Source of the DNA: Nemertoderma westbladi
Taxonomy: Eukaryota > Animalia > Xenacoelomorpha
NCBI GenBank assembly: GCA_032718475.1
Contig: JAUCBJ010002639.1
Coordinates: 18,069 to 82,068 of the forward strand
Length of the DNA: 64,000 nucleotides
Reading direction: 5' to 3'
Shown here: piece by piece, positions 1-12,039 of the stretch
Layout of the letters: each line of letters starts with the position of its first letter
Numbering within the stretch: position 1 is the first letter of the stretch
Notes under the pieces: generated by a model
Databases searched by the model: none
Told to the model about the DNA's origin: nothing
Seen by the model: the letters and a program-made list of their open reading frames with translations, nothing else
Made by a program: the position numbers and the translations under genes

Positions 1-1527
1 TTAAACACTTTTTCAAACGCTTGTAGCTAAAGAAGGAAAGCGAAAATGAAGATTCTGACTCACCTAGTGAGGAGGGAGGTGAAACTATCGATGTTTCAAA
101 TTTCATACAATCTCATTAAGATTTGTAGAAAAACATTGTGTGGGGGGGGGAGGTGGGGGGAGGGGTAATGCAGGACCTAAAATAATTGTATCGTCCCCCC
201 CACTTTTGGGAACGTGGCTGCGCCCCTGTTGGCGTATGAACGGTACAGTCTGACAGCAGCGGTGTGGGTATGTGAAAAATACATACCAGACCGATAGTCC
301 CCACGCGCCAAGCGTATAAGCCGTAAGCAATAGGGCCTACTCAATTTATCACTGTACCGGTATCGGATGAGTCACTGAGTCAGTCAGCAAGGTACTTTCA
401 CTTTTATTGTCGGAGGTCAGCGACAATACTGCTGTATTTTAATCCGACAGCCTAGCTGGAATTGGAATTATAATTTTTTATTAGACGTCAAATCAATTAA
501 AATATGAACAATAACGATAACATAATAAAATAGTTAACAGCCACGAAAGGCATCGTACCATTACATTAAACTCGCAGCCTCGAATATCCTATGTTAGTGA
601 ATGGGAAGGATTTTTCTCAGTATTATTATCCATTAACGTAATTATCGAACTCCAGCTAGCTGGGCAGATGTAGCATGCAGGGTGGAGTGTAGAGTAGGCC
701 TACAGTTGAATTTTCGACGGTAGGGTGTCCCACAGTTCCTGCACTTTGTAAATCAGTGCTAGTTGTTGGACTTGAGAAACGTTTCAAAAATGCTCACAAA
801 AAAAGTTATAAAAAATAAACCTTTTAGCAATGATAAACGGATTTCCAAAGGTAAGGGTATTTTCAATATTTCTAAACCCTTATGGGGGGGGGGGGGGTCC
901 TTCTTAGACAAAGGCGCCTTTAATCAGCAGTAATTTTGATCGGTAGTATTACCGATCTTCGTAATTATTGTAAAAATGCGTATTTTTGAGATTTTGACCA
1001 TCCTGTTGTCCCGTTTATCATGACTATAATACTTTAATAATGGTTGTTAACTCTCTGAACAAATTAGCCTTTTTTGACAACAAAAATAATAATATTCTTT
1101 GATAAGAAAAAAAGTATAGGAAAGAAGCACTTTCTGTCACTAATTTTTATTCACTGAAATTCAATTACAGTATTATTATGTACGAAGGTATGCGTTTTTC
1201 AATAGTTGATAGGTTTTCATCAGCACTGGTCAAACTGGCTGCCTTGGCTCTCATTTCAAATTCCATGTGAACCCATTATAATTAAGATTTGAGGTGGGAT
1301 GGGGGGGGGGGGGGGGGGTGTTGTGTAGGCCTAATAATATTATATTGAAGGACATATGGTGTAGGTCGTTAAGAGTTTTTAATTTAGAGTTCAAACGATC
1401 ACCGAATGAACTATATGGAATATTTTATAACTTTGTGTTGTTATTGGCGATGGCCGAGGAAGGACGGAATTCAAATATCAATCCAACCAACTCTCATTAA
1501 TTTCATTTAATATAAATAGTTGTCATT

Positions 1528-1607
1528 GTTTCTAGGCAACCACAATGCTGCTTGCCAATAACTCGTATAATGATTATGGCAAAACCTGGTTGGTTACCTA
1601 TGGCGAC
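1528..1607. promoter_or_regulatory. Two candidate RFX X-box motifs upstream of the CTL gene
   Basis: GTTTCTAGGCAAC (1528-1540) and GTTACCTATGGCGAC (1593-1607) resemble the GTTNCC-N(0-3)-RGYAAC X-box, ~170-245 bp upstream of the ATG. Confidence 0.4.
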
Positions 1608-1772
1608 GCACGAAAACATTAATACACCCGGCATTACAAGTTGTTATGAGCTGCTGTTGCATTTAATATTAAATTTATATTCAATATTACGAAGCTCTAT
1701 TTAAGGCTAGTATAAGTTTATTTAAAATTAAAGTAACCATTACTAAATACTTCACTAGAAACAGAGAGCAAT

Positions 1773-3917
1773 ATGGTTGCGGAAACTAGAAAATCCAAAG
1801 GCCAACAACGGGAGATATCTGATCCCTGCTTCAAAGGTCCGGCGACCCATAGAGGTTGTACAGATGTGATCGCTTTGGTCGTCTATTGGTTATTCCTGAT
1901 GGGTTTAATCGTTGTAAGTATATTCGCTTACACGGGAGGGGACCCAGACAGACTCACACACCCAACGGATTGGAAAGGAAGACCTTGCGGTGTAAATGAG
2001 AACTTACATAAACCGTATTTATTCAATATCGACCTACTCAAATGCCTAAAAGAATCGGATAGCGGCGAACCTATTGCTAACGACGCGGTGAACTTCCAAT
2101 GTGAGTCACCACAGATATGCGTTGGTTCTTGTCCTTCAGCTAATTGGTTCGCCATGCCGGATATATTGGCCCAGAAGTTGGATAACAACAAGGCGGTTGA
2201 TACGAGAGACTTCCTTCGATTCTGTCAGTACGGGGTGGATCCAGCACGAAGGCCAGAAAAGTTCTACCAAGTAATAATGGACGAATTGTGCCCGGGGTAC
2301 CTGTTTGAAAGTATAATTATTCTACAAAGATGTTTCCCACTACTTTTGGAACACTTCGAGGAATCAGGATATAAGTTTCTAAATGATTCGGAAATTAGCG
2401 TAACTGTCGACAAATCTAATATCCCAGGGGATGTTCTGGTGGTCCCGGACACCAAAGGGATGTTGGCTCAATACCCAATACAAGGGGAAGGGAACTCCAA
2501 ATATATACAGTACATCGAAATGGAGGAAGCGTCCAAAGTGGTGCTCAAACACATAGACAGTTTAGAACTCGGGGAGAAAATATTCCAGGATATTTACGAG
2601 GTGTTTCCATGGATATTGATTCTAGTAGTAGTTGCTATGGTGTTGTCCCTGTTTAACGTTATTCTCATGAGATGGATCCCGACCCAAGTAATATGGGCTA
2701 ATGTTATATTAGTAGTGGCGCTATTTATCGGGTCTTTTAGCTTCTCTGTTTATCAATTAGTAAATATATCGAATCTAAAAGGAAGCAATGTCTCGACTTT
2801 AAGTCGTTCGATTTCTGCTGTCTCTCAAGGAGAAGGTTTCTGGATTGCTGTATCGGTTTTCTCAATACTATCAACGATCGTTTACGTTTTATTAATAATT
2901 GTTATCTTTAAGAGACGCGAACTAGCAATAAAGATGATCGAGCAGTCAAACCGACCAATCTACGGTGTTACAACAACTTTATTTTATCCGATTCTAGGCG
3001 TAACGCTACAAAGTATAGCGCTGGGCGGATTCACTTGCATCGCTATATTCTTAGCGTCCCACGGTGAGGCTCAGTACAAGGTAATGAGTTCCAACGTCGA
3101 TGAATTGGGTAAACCCTGCGATCCGGAATTATATTATCCGGTTAACAGCGGCGATTCCTGCGTGTTCATTCGATACTACAGCCAATGGGTGTTCTACACA
3201 TTGCACGTATATAACGTATTCGCTTTAATATGGAATGTTAATTTCATTCTGGGTATTTACGAAATGATTTTGGCTGGGACGTTTGCCAGCTATTTGTGGT
3301 GCAATGAGAAAACCGGTCTACAAATCCCAGATTTTCCGATAGTCAACGCAACAGCTGTTACTCTCGGCTTTCACTTAGGAACTATCGCTTTCGCCGCCAT
3401 ACCCATGGCAGTAATGAGTCCAATCAGAGCTGTGTTGCTTTTTGTAAACAACGGGAGATCTTTAGTCGCTCCTTTCCTAAACTTTAGCAGACTTTCCTAC
3501 ATAAAGGTTGCCATCAGTGGGAAAGGAATTTTCAGATCTTCAAGCGCTGTGGAAAATTTAATAAAAAAACACCAGACGAAAGTAACTTCGATAAACAACG
3601 TTTCCAATTTTATGATTTTCATCTGCAAAATTTCTACGACGTTAGTGGTGGGCGTTCTGAGTTTTATACTTTTCAGTGGAAGTATTCAATTACCGTTTAC
3701 GGTTTCCACTCTCAATTACTATTGGTTGCCTATCGTGATCGTCATGGTAACATCCTACGTGATCGCGTCTATGTTCCTGGATGTTTTTAGCGTCTCTATG
3801 GATACGCTATACATATGTCTCCTTGAAGATGTTGGAAGATTTGATGGCCAAAGTAGTAGTCGCGCCTCCAAATACGTAATGCCTAAGGAACTCCGACAGC
3901 TGTTAACAAAGACATAA
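1773..3917 (+). CDS. Choline transporter-like protein (SLC44/CTL family), single exon
   Basis: 714-aa ORF with N-terminal 'DPCFKGPATHRGCTDV', 'GDPDRLTHPTDWKGRPCG', 'QICVGSCP', about 10 hydrophobic segments and C-terminal 'DTLYICLLED', all typical of SLC44A2/4/5-like proteins; AATAAA at ~4095. Confidence 0.93.
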   Translation: MVAETRKSKGQQREISDPCFKGPATHRGCTDVIALVVYWLFLMGLIVVSIFAYTGGDPDRLTHPTDWKGRPCGVNENLHKPYLFNIDLLKCLKESDSGEPIANDAVNFQCESPQICVGSCPSANWFAMPDILAQKLDNNKAVDTRDFLRFCQYGVDPARRPEKFYQVIMDELCPGYLFESIIILQRCFPLLLEHFEESGYKFLNDSEISVTVDKSNIPGDVLVVPDTKGMLAQYPIQGEGNSKYIQYIEMEEASKVVLKHIDSLELGEKIFQDIYEVFPWILILVVVAMVLSLFNVILMRWIPTQVIWANVILVVALFIGSFSFSVYQLVNISNLKGSNVSTLSRSISAVSQGEGFWIAVSVFSILSTIVYVLLIIVIFKRRELAIKMIEQSNRPIYGVTTTLFYPILGVTLQSIALGGFTCIAIFLASHGEAQYKVMSSNVDELGKPCDPELYYPVNSGDSCVFIRYYSQWVFYTLHVYNVFALIWNVNFILGIYEMILAGTFASYLWCNEKTGLQIPDFPIVNATAVTLGFHLGTIAFAAIPMAVMSPIRAVLLFVNNGRSLVAPFLNFSRLSYIKVAISGKGIFRSSSAVENLIKKHQTKVTSINNVSNFMIFICKISTTLVVGVLSFILFSGSIQLPFTVSTLNYYWLPIVIVMVTSYVIASMFLDVFSVSMDTLYICLLEDVGRFDGQSSSRASKYVMPKELRQLLTKT

Positions 3918-4865
3918 AGAGGCAACATAAAGGGTCAATGTGGCCCCTTGTTAAAAATTTGTTAAAAAAGATCCCGGCAATTCCTATACATTTTAGAACT
4001 AAAACCGATCGTGACATTAAATAACAATTTAGTAAATCACGTAACAGTAGTTAATTTATTTTGTAACATTATTTTATATTTCTAAGTATATTCAAATAAA
4101 GAATGTTAAGCAACAAAAAAGTGAAAATTTAAAAATAAAATTACGAATTACATGGGAAAAAATGTTGAACATTATTACAGTTAAATATATAATAATCATA
4201 ATATTGCCAAAGGTACTTCTTATGATTATAACAATTACAAGCAGTGTCGGGGAGGGGGGGTATAAAAATAAAACGAAATTATCAACTGGTAGGCAAGTAA
4301 ACTCATTAAATTTTATTATTAAGCATTTCTTAAATAATTACAATAGATATTTCCACGACTCTGAAATACGAATAATAAACATTATTCCGGTATAATTAGT
4401 TACAATTGTATTGTTATTTACAAAAGGTCAATGTATTACATACACACACCTACACCCAAGGTTATAGACCGTATACTACACCACACTTACTGCAGTCAGA
4501 GTTATAATAGAACAGTCCCTCCACCCCAGTCTACTAACCCACCAGTAGTGGGGAAGTGTAAATATTTTACCAGCACCGTTCTCTTTAATTAAATTTTTTA
4601 GAAGCAGGGAGTTCATTTGTTATTTTAGAACGATGAATTTATTCTAGAACAAATTCATGGTCAATAAATTAATTCGACACAACAATTATTGACTGCCTCA
4701 CTTGGGGTGGGGGTGAAATGCACCCGATTAGACCATATGCGTAATACTTTCAATGAGTCGAAATGAAACTTTTTGCAAAAACGATACAATAATGAGAGAT
4801 TCGTTATTCGTAGGTTTCGACTCTATGGCGGCATGTTACAGAAAACGTAGCGCCTAATGGCAGCG

Positions 4866-5835
4866 CGCGGATGATAGTTCCGCACGCGGAAGATAGTTCC
4901 GCGCGCGGAAGATAGTTCCGCACGCGGAAGATAGTTCCGCGCGCGGAAGATAGTTCCGCACGCGGAAGATAGTACCGCACGCGGAAGATAGTTCCGCACG
5001 CGGAAGATAGTTCCGCGCGCGGAAGATAGTTCCGCGCGCGGAAGATAGTTCCGCGCGCGGAAGATAGTTCCGCGCGCGGAAGATAGTTCCGCGCGCGGAA
5101 GATAGTTCCGCACGCGGAAGATAGTACCGCACGCGGAAGATAGTTCCGCACGCGGAAGATAGTTCCGCGCGCGGAAGATAGTTCCGCGCGCGGAAGATAG
5201 TTCCGCGCGCGGAAGATAGTACCGCACGCGGAAGATAGTTCCGCACGCGGAAGATAGTTCCGCGCGCGGAAGATAGTTCCGCACGCAGAAGATAGTTCCG
5301 CACGCAGAAGATAGTTCCGCGCGCGGAAGATAGTTCCGCACGCGGAAGATAGTTCCGCGCGCGGAAGATAGTACCGCACGCGGAAGATAGTTCCGCACGC
5401 GGAAGATAGTTCCGCGCGCGGAAGATAGTTCCGCACGCGGAAGATAGTACCGCACGCGGAAGATAGTTCCGCACGCGGAAGATAGTTCCGCACGCGGAAG
5501 ATAGTTCCGCACGCGGAAGATAGTTCCGCACGCGGAAGATAGTTCCGCGCGCGGAAGATAGTACCGCACGCGGAAGATAGTTCCGCACGCGGAAGATAGT
5601 TCCGCGCGCGGAAGATAGTACCGCACGCGGAAGATAGTTCCGCACGTGGAAGATAGTTCCGCGCGCGGAAGATAGTTCCGCACGCGGAAGATAGTTCCGC
5701 ACGCGGAAGATAGTTCCGCACGCGGAAGATAGTTCCGCACGCGGAAGATAGTTCCGCACGCGGAAGATAGTTCCGCGCGCGGAAGATAGTTCCGCACGCG
5801 GAAGATAGTTCCGCGCGCGGAAGATAGTTCCGCAC
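4866..5835. repeat. 19-bp tandem minisatellite (TTCCGC[A/G]CGCGGAAGATAG), about 50 units
   Basis: Directly visible; each unit holds a 14-bp (near-)palindrome TTCCGCRCGCGGAA; units vary mainly at two positions. Confidence 0.98.
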
Positions 5836-6898
5836 TTCTTTACACTACCGTGTGGCTCTATAGCTAGTAAATAATAATCTCGATCATTCATGTAAGTTAA
5901 ACTTACTTCCTTACAAGAATTAGAAAATAAATTTAAAATTCTACTGAATTTTTATTCATTGTTAATAATATGATCTAGTTTCAATTTTCCCGCACTTTTT
6001 GAAAGAACTCCCAGACTGCGTAGGAACAGGGTCGGATTTCTTATTCGTGACAGATTTATTATATTCCAAAAAGATACGTAGATATACATTTATTGTTGAG
6101 ACCCTTTAATATCGAGGTATCTGTAAACTACACCAACAGACCAAAGTCTGACAAGGGGGCCAATAGAGTGTGAGTGTCTGTATGGGGGGGGGGGGGGGGG
6201 GGTGGCCTACGCGAAATATCACTGTATTGGAGGCCATTGTCTACGTACTTAGTTATTCTTATAGATTCTAGAATACTGTACCAATTAAGAATGTAGAAAA
6301 GCTTGACAATTCTATTTATTATATTTCTAGTAAAGCGCGCTACAAAACTATTGACTGTTACGTGTTCGCTGGGAATTTAAGTAAAATACGGGTTTGAAAC
6401 GGAAGAGCACAACGAATGCACTGAGAAGGGCGGACGAGTTCCATGTCTGTCTGTCTATTATATCCAGAACCTCAGAAAATAAAAACAAAGATTTATTGTC
6501 GGTTTGTCAACCCGATTTAAGTGAAGGGCGCATAAAAAAAGGTAAACCATATGAAACCAGTAAACAATTTACAGGCGAAAGACCGTCAACGTAGTTCAAT
6601 TGGTTGGAATTTAGTTTTTCTTTTGTAACAAAACATTAACTAATCGGCCAATATCATTATCTATCGCTAAAAGGTTCTACACTATCACCACTTCCAAATT
6701 TATTCGCTAGGGGCGCGACATGAGACTCTCGTATCAATAAATATAAACTTATTAATAAATAATGGGGGGGGGGGGGGGGGGGTCACAGCTCGAGCGCCCC
6801 TACGACGTAGCGCTGGGGTATGACGGACACAGCGTCACCCTGGGACAGATGGGGGGGGGGGGGGGTCTGTCTGTCACCCCGGACGCCCTCTCTACCAA

Positions 6899-7456
6899 CT
6901 ACGACTTCCCGAGATGGCTGGGCGCGTCCGCGAACATAAACTTCAACCGATACGCGTCGGCGACCAGCATATCTATCTCCTCGTGGTCCCAGTCGTCCGT
7001 CGGCAGGTTCTGCAGCATCGTCATCAACGACTGGAAGTCCTGCTGCCTTAGCAACTCGTCGGACCAGTGGACCAGGAAGGCGGCGCAGGTGTAGAGATGG
7101 AAGGTGGCGAACCCGTCCGGCTCCGACTGGTAGGTGTCCCAGAGTCGCACGGCGCAGCGCAGCGGAATCTCTCGCATCAGCAGGTTGTGCATCCAGCGGA
7201 ACGCGAACTGGAGGTACTCGATGCTGTGCGCCTCCAAGTGGTTGTGCAGCGCGATGTCTATCCGTTTAATGAGTTCCCTTAGGGCCCGCACCTTGGTCTG
7301 GACGCCGGGTTGCGCGAACGTGTAGTTGTCCTGGATACCGTCTAGGAGTTTGGAGACGCACCAGTAGGTGTCGGCCTCGATGGCTCGGAGTTGGGTCGGG
7401 TTCACCGACGACAGAACCTCCGGGCCGCTGCCCACAAAGTCGACGCCTTCGACAAC
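6899..7456 (-). CDS. TBC1D22: TBC1 domain family member 22 (Gyp1-like RabGAP), exon 2
   Basis: Acceptor ttcccccggcag|GTT at 7456, phase 0; 'EADTYWCVSKLLDGIQDNYTFAQPG', 'YLQFAFRWMHNLLMRE', 'RLWDTY', 'LKFMFADAPSHL' match the TBC1D22A/B C-terminal half. Confidence 0.95.
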   Translation of the reverse strand, partial: VVEGVDFVGSGPEVLSSVNPTQLRAIEADTYWCVSKLLDGIQDNYTFAQPGVQTKVRALRELIKRIDIALHNHLEAHSIEYLQFAFRWMHNLLMREIPLRCAVRLWDTYQSEPDGFATFHLYTCAAFLVHWSDELLRQQDFQSLMTMLQNLPTDDWDHEEIDMLVADAYRLKFMFADAPSHLGKS

Positions 7457-8346
7457 CTGCCGGGGGAAATATATGGGCCCAGTAAAGAAAACAACAGGAT
7501 TACTAAATATTAACGGCTATATACGGAATCTATCAATATAGTTCTGTCTATCTATATAGTTTGCTGTAGTTACTATGACTTTTCGTTGCATGATAGTCGT
7601 ATTTGGAGACAGATGGAGAAACTGGACGTAAATCCCATCTTGGCGAATTAATATCCGCCTCAATGTTAAACTCTCAATTTCGGGAAAGGAGCAGGTTACA
7701 GTGGCACGTTATTATAACCTAAACAATAAACTAAACACAATAGAACAGGTTGCAGTTTTATTTTTTATAGTAATCAGCAGTTTGCTCCGATTTTCCCCTG
7801 GAAAGGGTTGAATTTTGATTGCGTCGCCAAGTCCCCCCCCGGGTTTTGATAACCGCAGGATCTGGTGAAGTTATGAAATATGGTTGCGGTTTTGGTAATT
7901 CCACATTAAAAAAATGTCAACACCATTTATAATACAATTGTTTTTAGTTCTGAAAGAACTAGCAAATACACTGAACACTCAGACAGAATTATAAAACTTC
8001 GGAAAATCATAAATAATTATTTATTGTGACAAAGAATGCCTCGTTCCGTTCCGTTTCATATTGTTTTAACGAATAACATTCAAGGTTGCCAATCTACTTC
8101 AGTTTCAATTTCCCCCGATTTGTTCATTTTTACTAGAATTCCCTGACATTTCAAGAAATAATGATAGGCTGAAACGTACGTATAGCGCTGGTTCAACCCC
8201 CGGTGACGCGCTTTCTTATTTTTTTCCATTTTTGAACAAAACCATAATATTATACCTTTAATTAAGTTGCATTAACAGCTCAACTCCAATTCATTTATAA
8301 TTACTAAATACCGCTAGGTATTTCTATTTACTAACAGTCAACTCAC

Positions 8347-9270
8347 CTCGCCAAGGAAGACGACAAAGAAGGGCGTAACGAGGTCATTGAGTCCCTGTAC
8401 GTAACCAGAGGCTGGGTGTCTGGTGGCCCAGACGTAGAGAACCCGTTCGTACAACTCCTGGACCTCGCGAACCTGGAACAACGGCATCAGCGGGTTCGTC
8501 CGCGGTATGTCGATGTGGATCTGTCGGTAGGTCTCCTCGTTGAACTCGGGGCCGCCCTGCCGGAAGTGCTGCCCGACGAACCGGAAGTATTCCTCGCGTT
8601 TACGGGAGAGAGTCGACGCCTGTTGGTCCTTGCGAGGGGGCAAGTAGACGGAGAGTAGGCGCCAGAGTAACGGGCGGAAATGATCCGGGATTCCGGACCA
8701 GCAGAGTCGTCGGACTTCCGAGAGGTCGATAACGGATTGGTCGAGCAGCGCGGAGAGTTTGCGAGTTCGGAGAGCGAGTTTACTGCGGTGGTTCGCGTTG
8801 GGGGGCCGCGGCGAGGGGGCCGAAGGGGGGCGCTGCGGGGGCAGGGGGTTAGCGAAGGGGGACGACGGGGGGGATATCTCGACGGGGGAAGGTAAGGAGG
8901 GGGCGGGGGGAGGGGGGACGAGGCCCGATAGTCTACGGTGCTCCTCTAGTACCCGGGAGGAAGCGAGCGCGGAATGGCGGGTTGAGATGCTCCCGACGAA
9001 CGTATCGTCTTCGTCGTCCAGGCCCCACGCGTCCGAGGTTTCGCGTTCGAACTCTTGGAATGTCCGACTGAGTTTGTTGGCGGCTTCCGGGTTAGGTTGG
9101 TGGTTCGGGGGGACTCTGGAAGGGGGCGACTTCCCGTGGCGGTCCCCAGGTTGAGACGCACTCGCAGGGGGGTACTGGGCTCCGTATACCGGCCGAATAT
9201 TCCCCGGTAATTTGGAACCGGATTTCTTCCAAAATCCCCCCGAAGATACATCGAATGTGTTGCGCGACAT
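8347..9270 (-). CDS. TBC1D22: TBC1 domain family member 22, exon 1 (spliced product ~493 aa)
   Basis: 'FWKKSGSKLPG', 'PVYGAQYPP', 'TSDAW', 'CWSGIP', Arg finger 'QIHIDIPRT', Gln finger 'SGYVQGLNDL'; donor GAG|gtgagt at 8347/8346, phase 0. Confidence 0.95.
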
Positions 9271-10369
9271 GAAACTCGGAGGAAACGCGGATAGTTTATC
9301 CGACTATAATCCTAGCTCATGAGTCCCGAGCTCTCTCAATCTATGACTTCAGTATATGGCTGTAGGGTGCGCAGTGCAGCAGTGCGGTGGGGTCCCGAGC
9401 CCGACAGCCCGACTAGGCCTACCGGCACCTGTCAGCCTGTTGGAGCTAAGTGTCTGTCTGTCTGTAGTCGGTATTCAGGTATTTGCGGTATTCTTCGTCG
9501 ATTTCGGTTTGCTTTTGGTAGCGGTACAGGTGCAGGTAATACCTGATACCAGAATACTGTACAGCTGTAACTGTGAACTGTAATAAGCTGCTGTAAGACA
9601 GTAAGAGGCCATTCAAAAGTGAATGTCAGAATGTAGGTACCGGTACGGTACTGTAAACGTACTGACAGATTGACGTAAGCCTACTAGACATTTTAAATTG
9701 TTCAGGGTTAAGAGAAAGCTAAATGCTTATAGAACCCATACGCCGTACACATCATAAATTATTACTGAATTAATCAATAAAGTAAATGGCGAAACTGAAA
9801 GTAAATAATAATACCGGTATGTATACGTATGTATGTATAAAAATATAAGGGCTGAAGGGTACTCTGGAGTCAGTATCGTCGCCTACGCCAGGGTAGGAAT
9901 TTCTTCCAAAAATCCCTGTAACAAAGTATTGTTGTGTGAAAATGTCCCGCTCCCAACTAATGAAGAAATGTTACCATTAATTAATTAATGTACGTGTTAA
10001 CCATATTAGCACTGGGGTGTTTAAACCATTAGCAGTACTGGCGGAGGCCGATTCGCCCCCACTGCATTTTAGTAATCCTCCAACGAATTCCTTCGAAATT
10101 TGGACTGTAGGTGAAAAAATTATCGATGAACACTTCCTAACCTTAAAAAAATAAAATTTGATATGTTGTCCCAGGACCAAATGTAAAGTTGTTGTTATTT
10201 TAAAAACTAATATTTTAACTTTATATTACGATTATATTCAATTCCTAAAATTAAGCGGTTTTATACTTTTTTTCGGGCATCTAAGAACTTCAAATTTAGA
10301 ATAATATGAGATACGTCAAATACCACCATGTTATGATTTCAGTCCATTTTTATTTCTATTTCCCAAACT

Positions 10370-10810
10370 GAAAGTTTCGGTTTTGAAACATCAGTATATC
10401 GTAAGCCGATTAGTACAGGCTTATATACAAACTATCATAGTTTTATTCCTTTCCAATATAAATTCGGTTTATTATTAGGTAACCCTTATTTCTAGAATAT
10501 TTAGAATATCGTCTAGTTATATTCTGTTTTCTAAAGAAGTACATACTCTTAGAGATACCTTACATAAGAATGGCTATCCATTGCAGCTTATTGATAGTGC
10601 TTTAAGAACCTTTCTTTCTAGAATATTCAAACCTCCTGATATTAATATTTCTACGAATAGTTCAGAAAAGCGTACGATAAACCTTATTTTACCTTTTACT
10701 GGTTCACACGGTTTTATAGTTAAAGCGAGATTAATTAAACTTTTCCGATCTGCCTTTCCTTGTAATATACTGTACTGTAGTACTGAAAGTTATTTTCAAG
10801 CCTTCCTATC
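10370..10810 (+). mobile_element. Degenerate Penelope-like retroelement fragment (RT C-terminal/linker region), abutting the Maverick left end
   Basis: Frameshifted translation 'FETSVYRKPISTGLYTNYHSFIPFQYK...RIFRISS...LHKNGYPLQLID...ILPFTG' is the typical Penelope RT-to-GIY-YIG linker. Confidence 0.8.
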
Positions 10811-11406
10811 AGTAGTAGAAGAATAGGTGACCCCGACGAAGTCCTCCCTAGCTTGGGCTATGGGGCTACCACTCGGAGGACTATTAAAAATGCCAAATTC
10901 CGATGCTAAATTTCGGCGTTTAATTGGCCACATCTGCCACCATCATCGGTAGTTACCATCAACCAATCGTAGCGTATTCACCTACGCGTAGCCTAACCTC
11001 GCGTTGCCCGCCTTACTCGATGGCAGCTGTTACCTACCTACCAATCGATAGTATTGATTCGTATCATTGCTGCAACAACCATCCATTGCATATTCATCTT
11101 CGCGTAGCCTAACTTCTCGACGCATGGCTAGCCCCCAACCCACCAACCAACCAACAGCGATTATTCCCCTTTTCGCCACGCTACCACCTCCACATACTGT
11201 ATATGGTGACTAAAACGATAACGTGGCCATCTACACGATGCATATACCAAGTCGTTATATTACAGTATATTATATCGATTGCCAACTCAACGATTTACGT
11301 CCCTCTGTTGATAGAGCTACTCAACTGCTGTCACCAAACAAACAAACCAACCACTCAGTATGATACATGTGCATGAAATTCCGCCACGTTCCAGCTACAC
11401 GTATAC
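10811..11406 (+). repeat. Maverick left terminal inverted repeat (~600 bp)
   Basis: 5'-AGTAGTAG simple-repeat terminus typical of protein-primed Polinton ends; inner end defined by the inverted match to 28691-28732; expected 6-bp TSD CCTATC (10805-10810) cannot be confirmed. Confidence 0.8.
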
Positions 11407-11728
11407 GAACATTTCCAAGTAGTTACTCAAGCTAACCGATCCCGCAGCATCTGTGCCATATTGAAAGGCTACTACTACTACTAACATTATACAGCGCGTT
11501 TTTATAATAATTATTGATTATTATTACACACAACCCTATGATTCATATTCTTTCACATATTTCCTATCCACGTAACCAACCAACCATTCAACCACGTTGC
11601 ACCCCATCTCTTTTCTTATTCGTCGATGATTATGACACGTCTCATCTCTTCTTCGTTGACTATGCCCCATCACAAATTTATATATAACTGAATGTTTTTA
11701 ATAAAATTCATCACTTGTAATCTTCATG

Positions 11729-11979
11729 GTAATATATTGATACCATATCTAATTTTTTTGTTCTCACTCTGACATTGTGTTATTTCCTTAATAATTTATA
11801 CATTATCTTACTTGTTGTATATTCGTTGGTTGGAAAACGACACCTCATAAAATGATACTGATTCCAGCATTGGGTATCGACTCAAAAACAAAAATCGAGT
11901 GAGACAGTATCATTTTATGAGGCGTTGTCTTCCGACCAAACACAATTTTAGAGTGAGAACTATGGTGTCAATTTATTAC
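11729..11979. other. Three-segment imperfect inverted repeat (long fold-back)
   Basis: 11826-11860 pairs with 11905-11939; 11760-11780 with 11940-11960; 11729-11747 with 11961-11979. Confidence 0.85.
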
Positions 11980-12039
11980 AGCGATACGGTTTAACATTTA
12001 TCACTTGTAATATTTTTCGTATTTATTATTATTATTATT

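Noticed and set aside
4804-5891. Three overlapping 324-345-aa ORFs
   Set aside because: Artefact of a 19-bp repeat with no stop codon on the minus strand
6762-9251. Several antisense or alternative-frame ORFs over TBC1D22
   Set aside because: Shadow ORFs expected in GC-rich coding sequence; no motifs
11870-11885. Pol III B-box or tRNA in the Maverick fold-back loop (GGGTATCGACTC)
   Set aside because: Imperfect match, no convincing A-box or cloverleaf; no tRNA or rRNA gene recognised anywhere in the window
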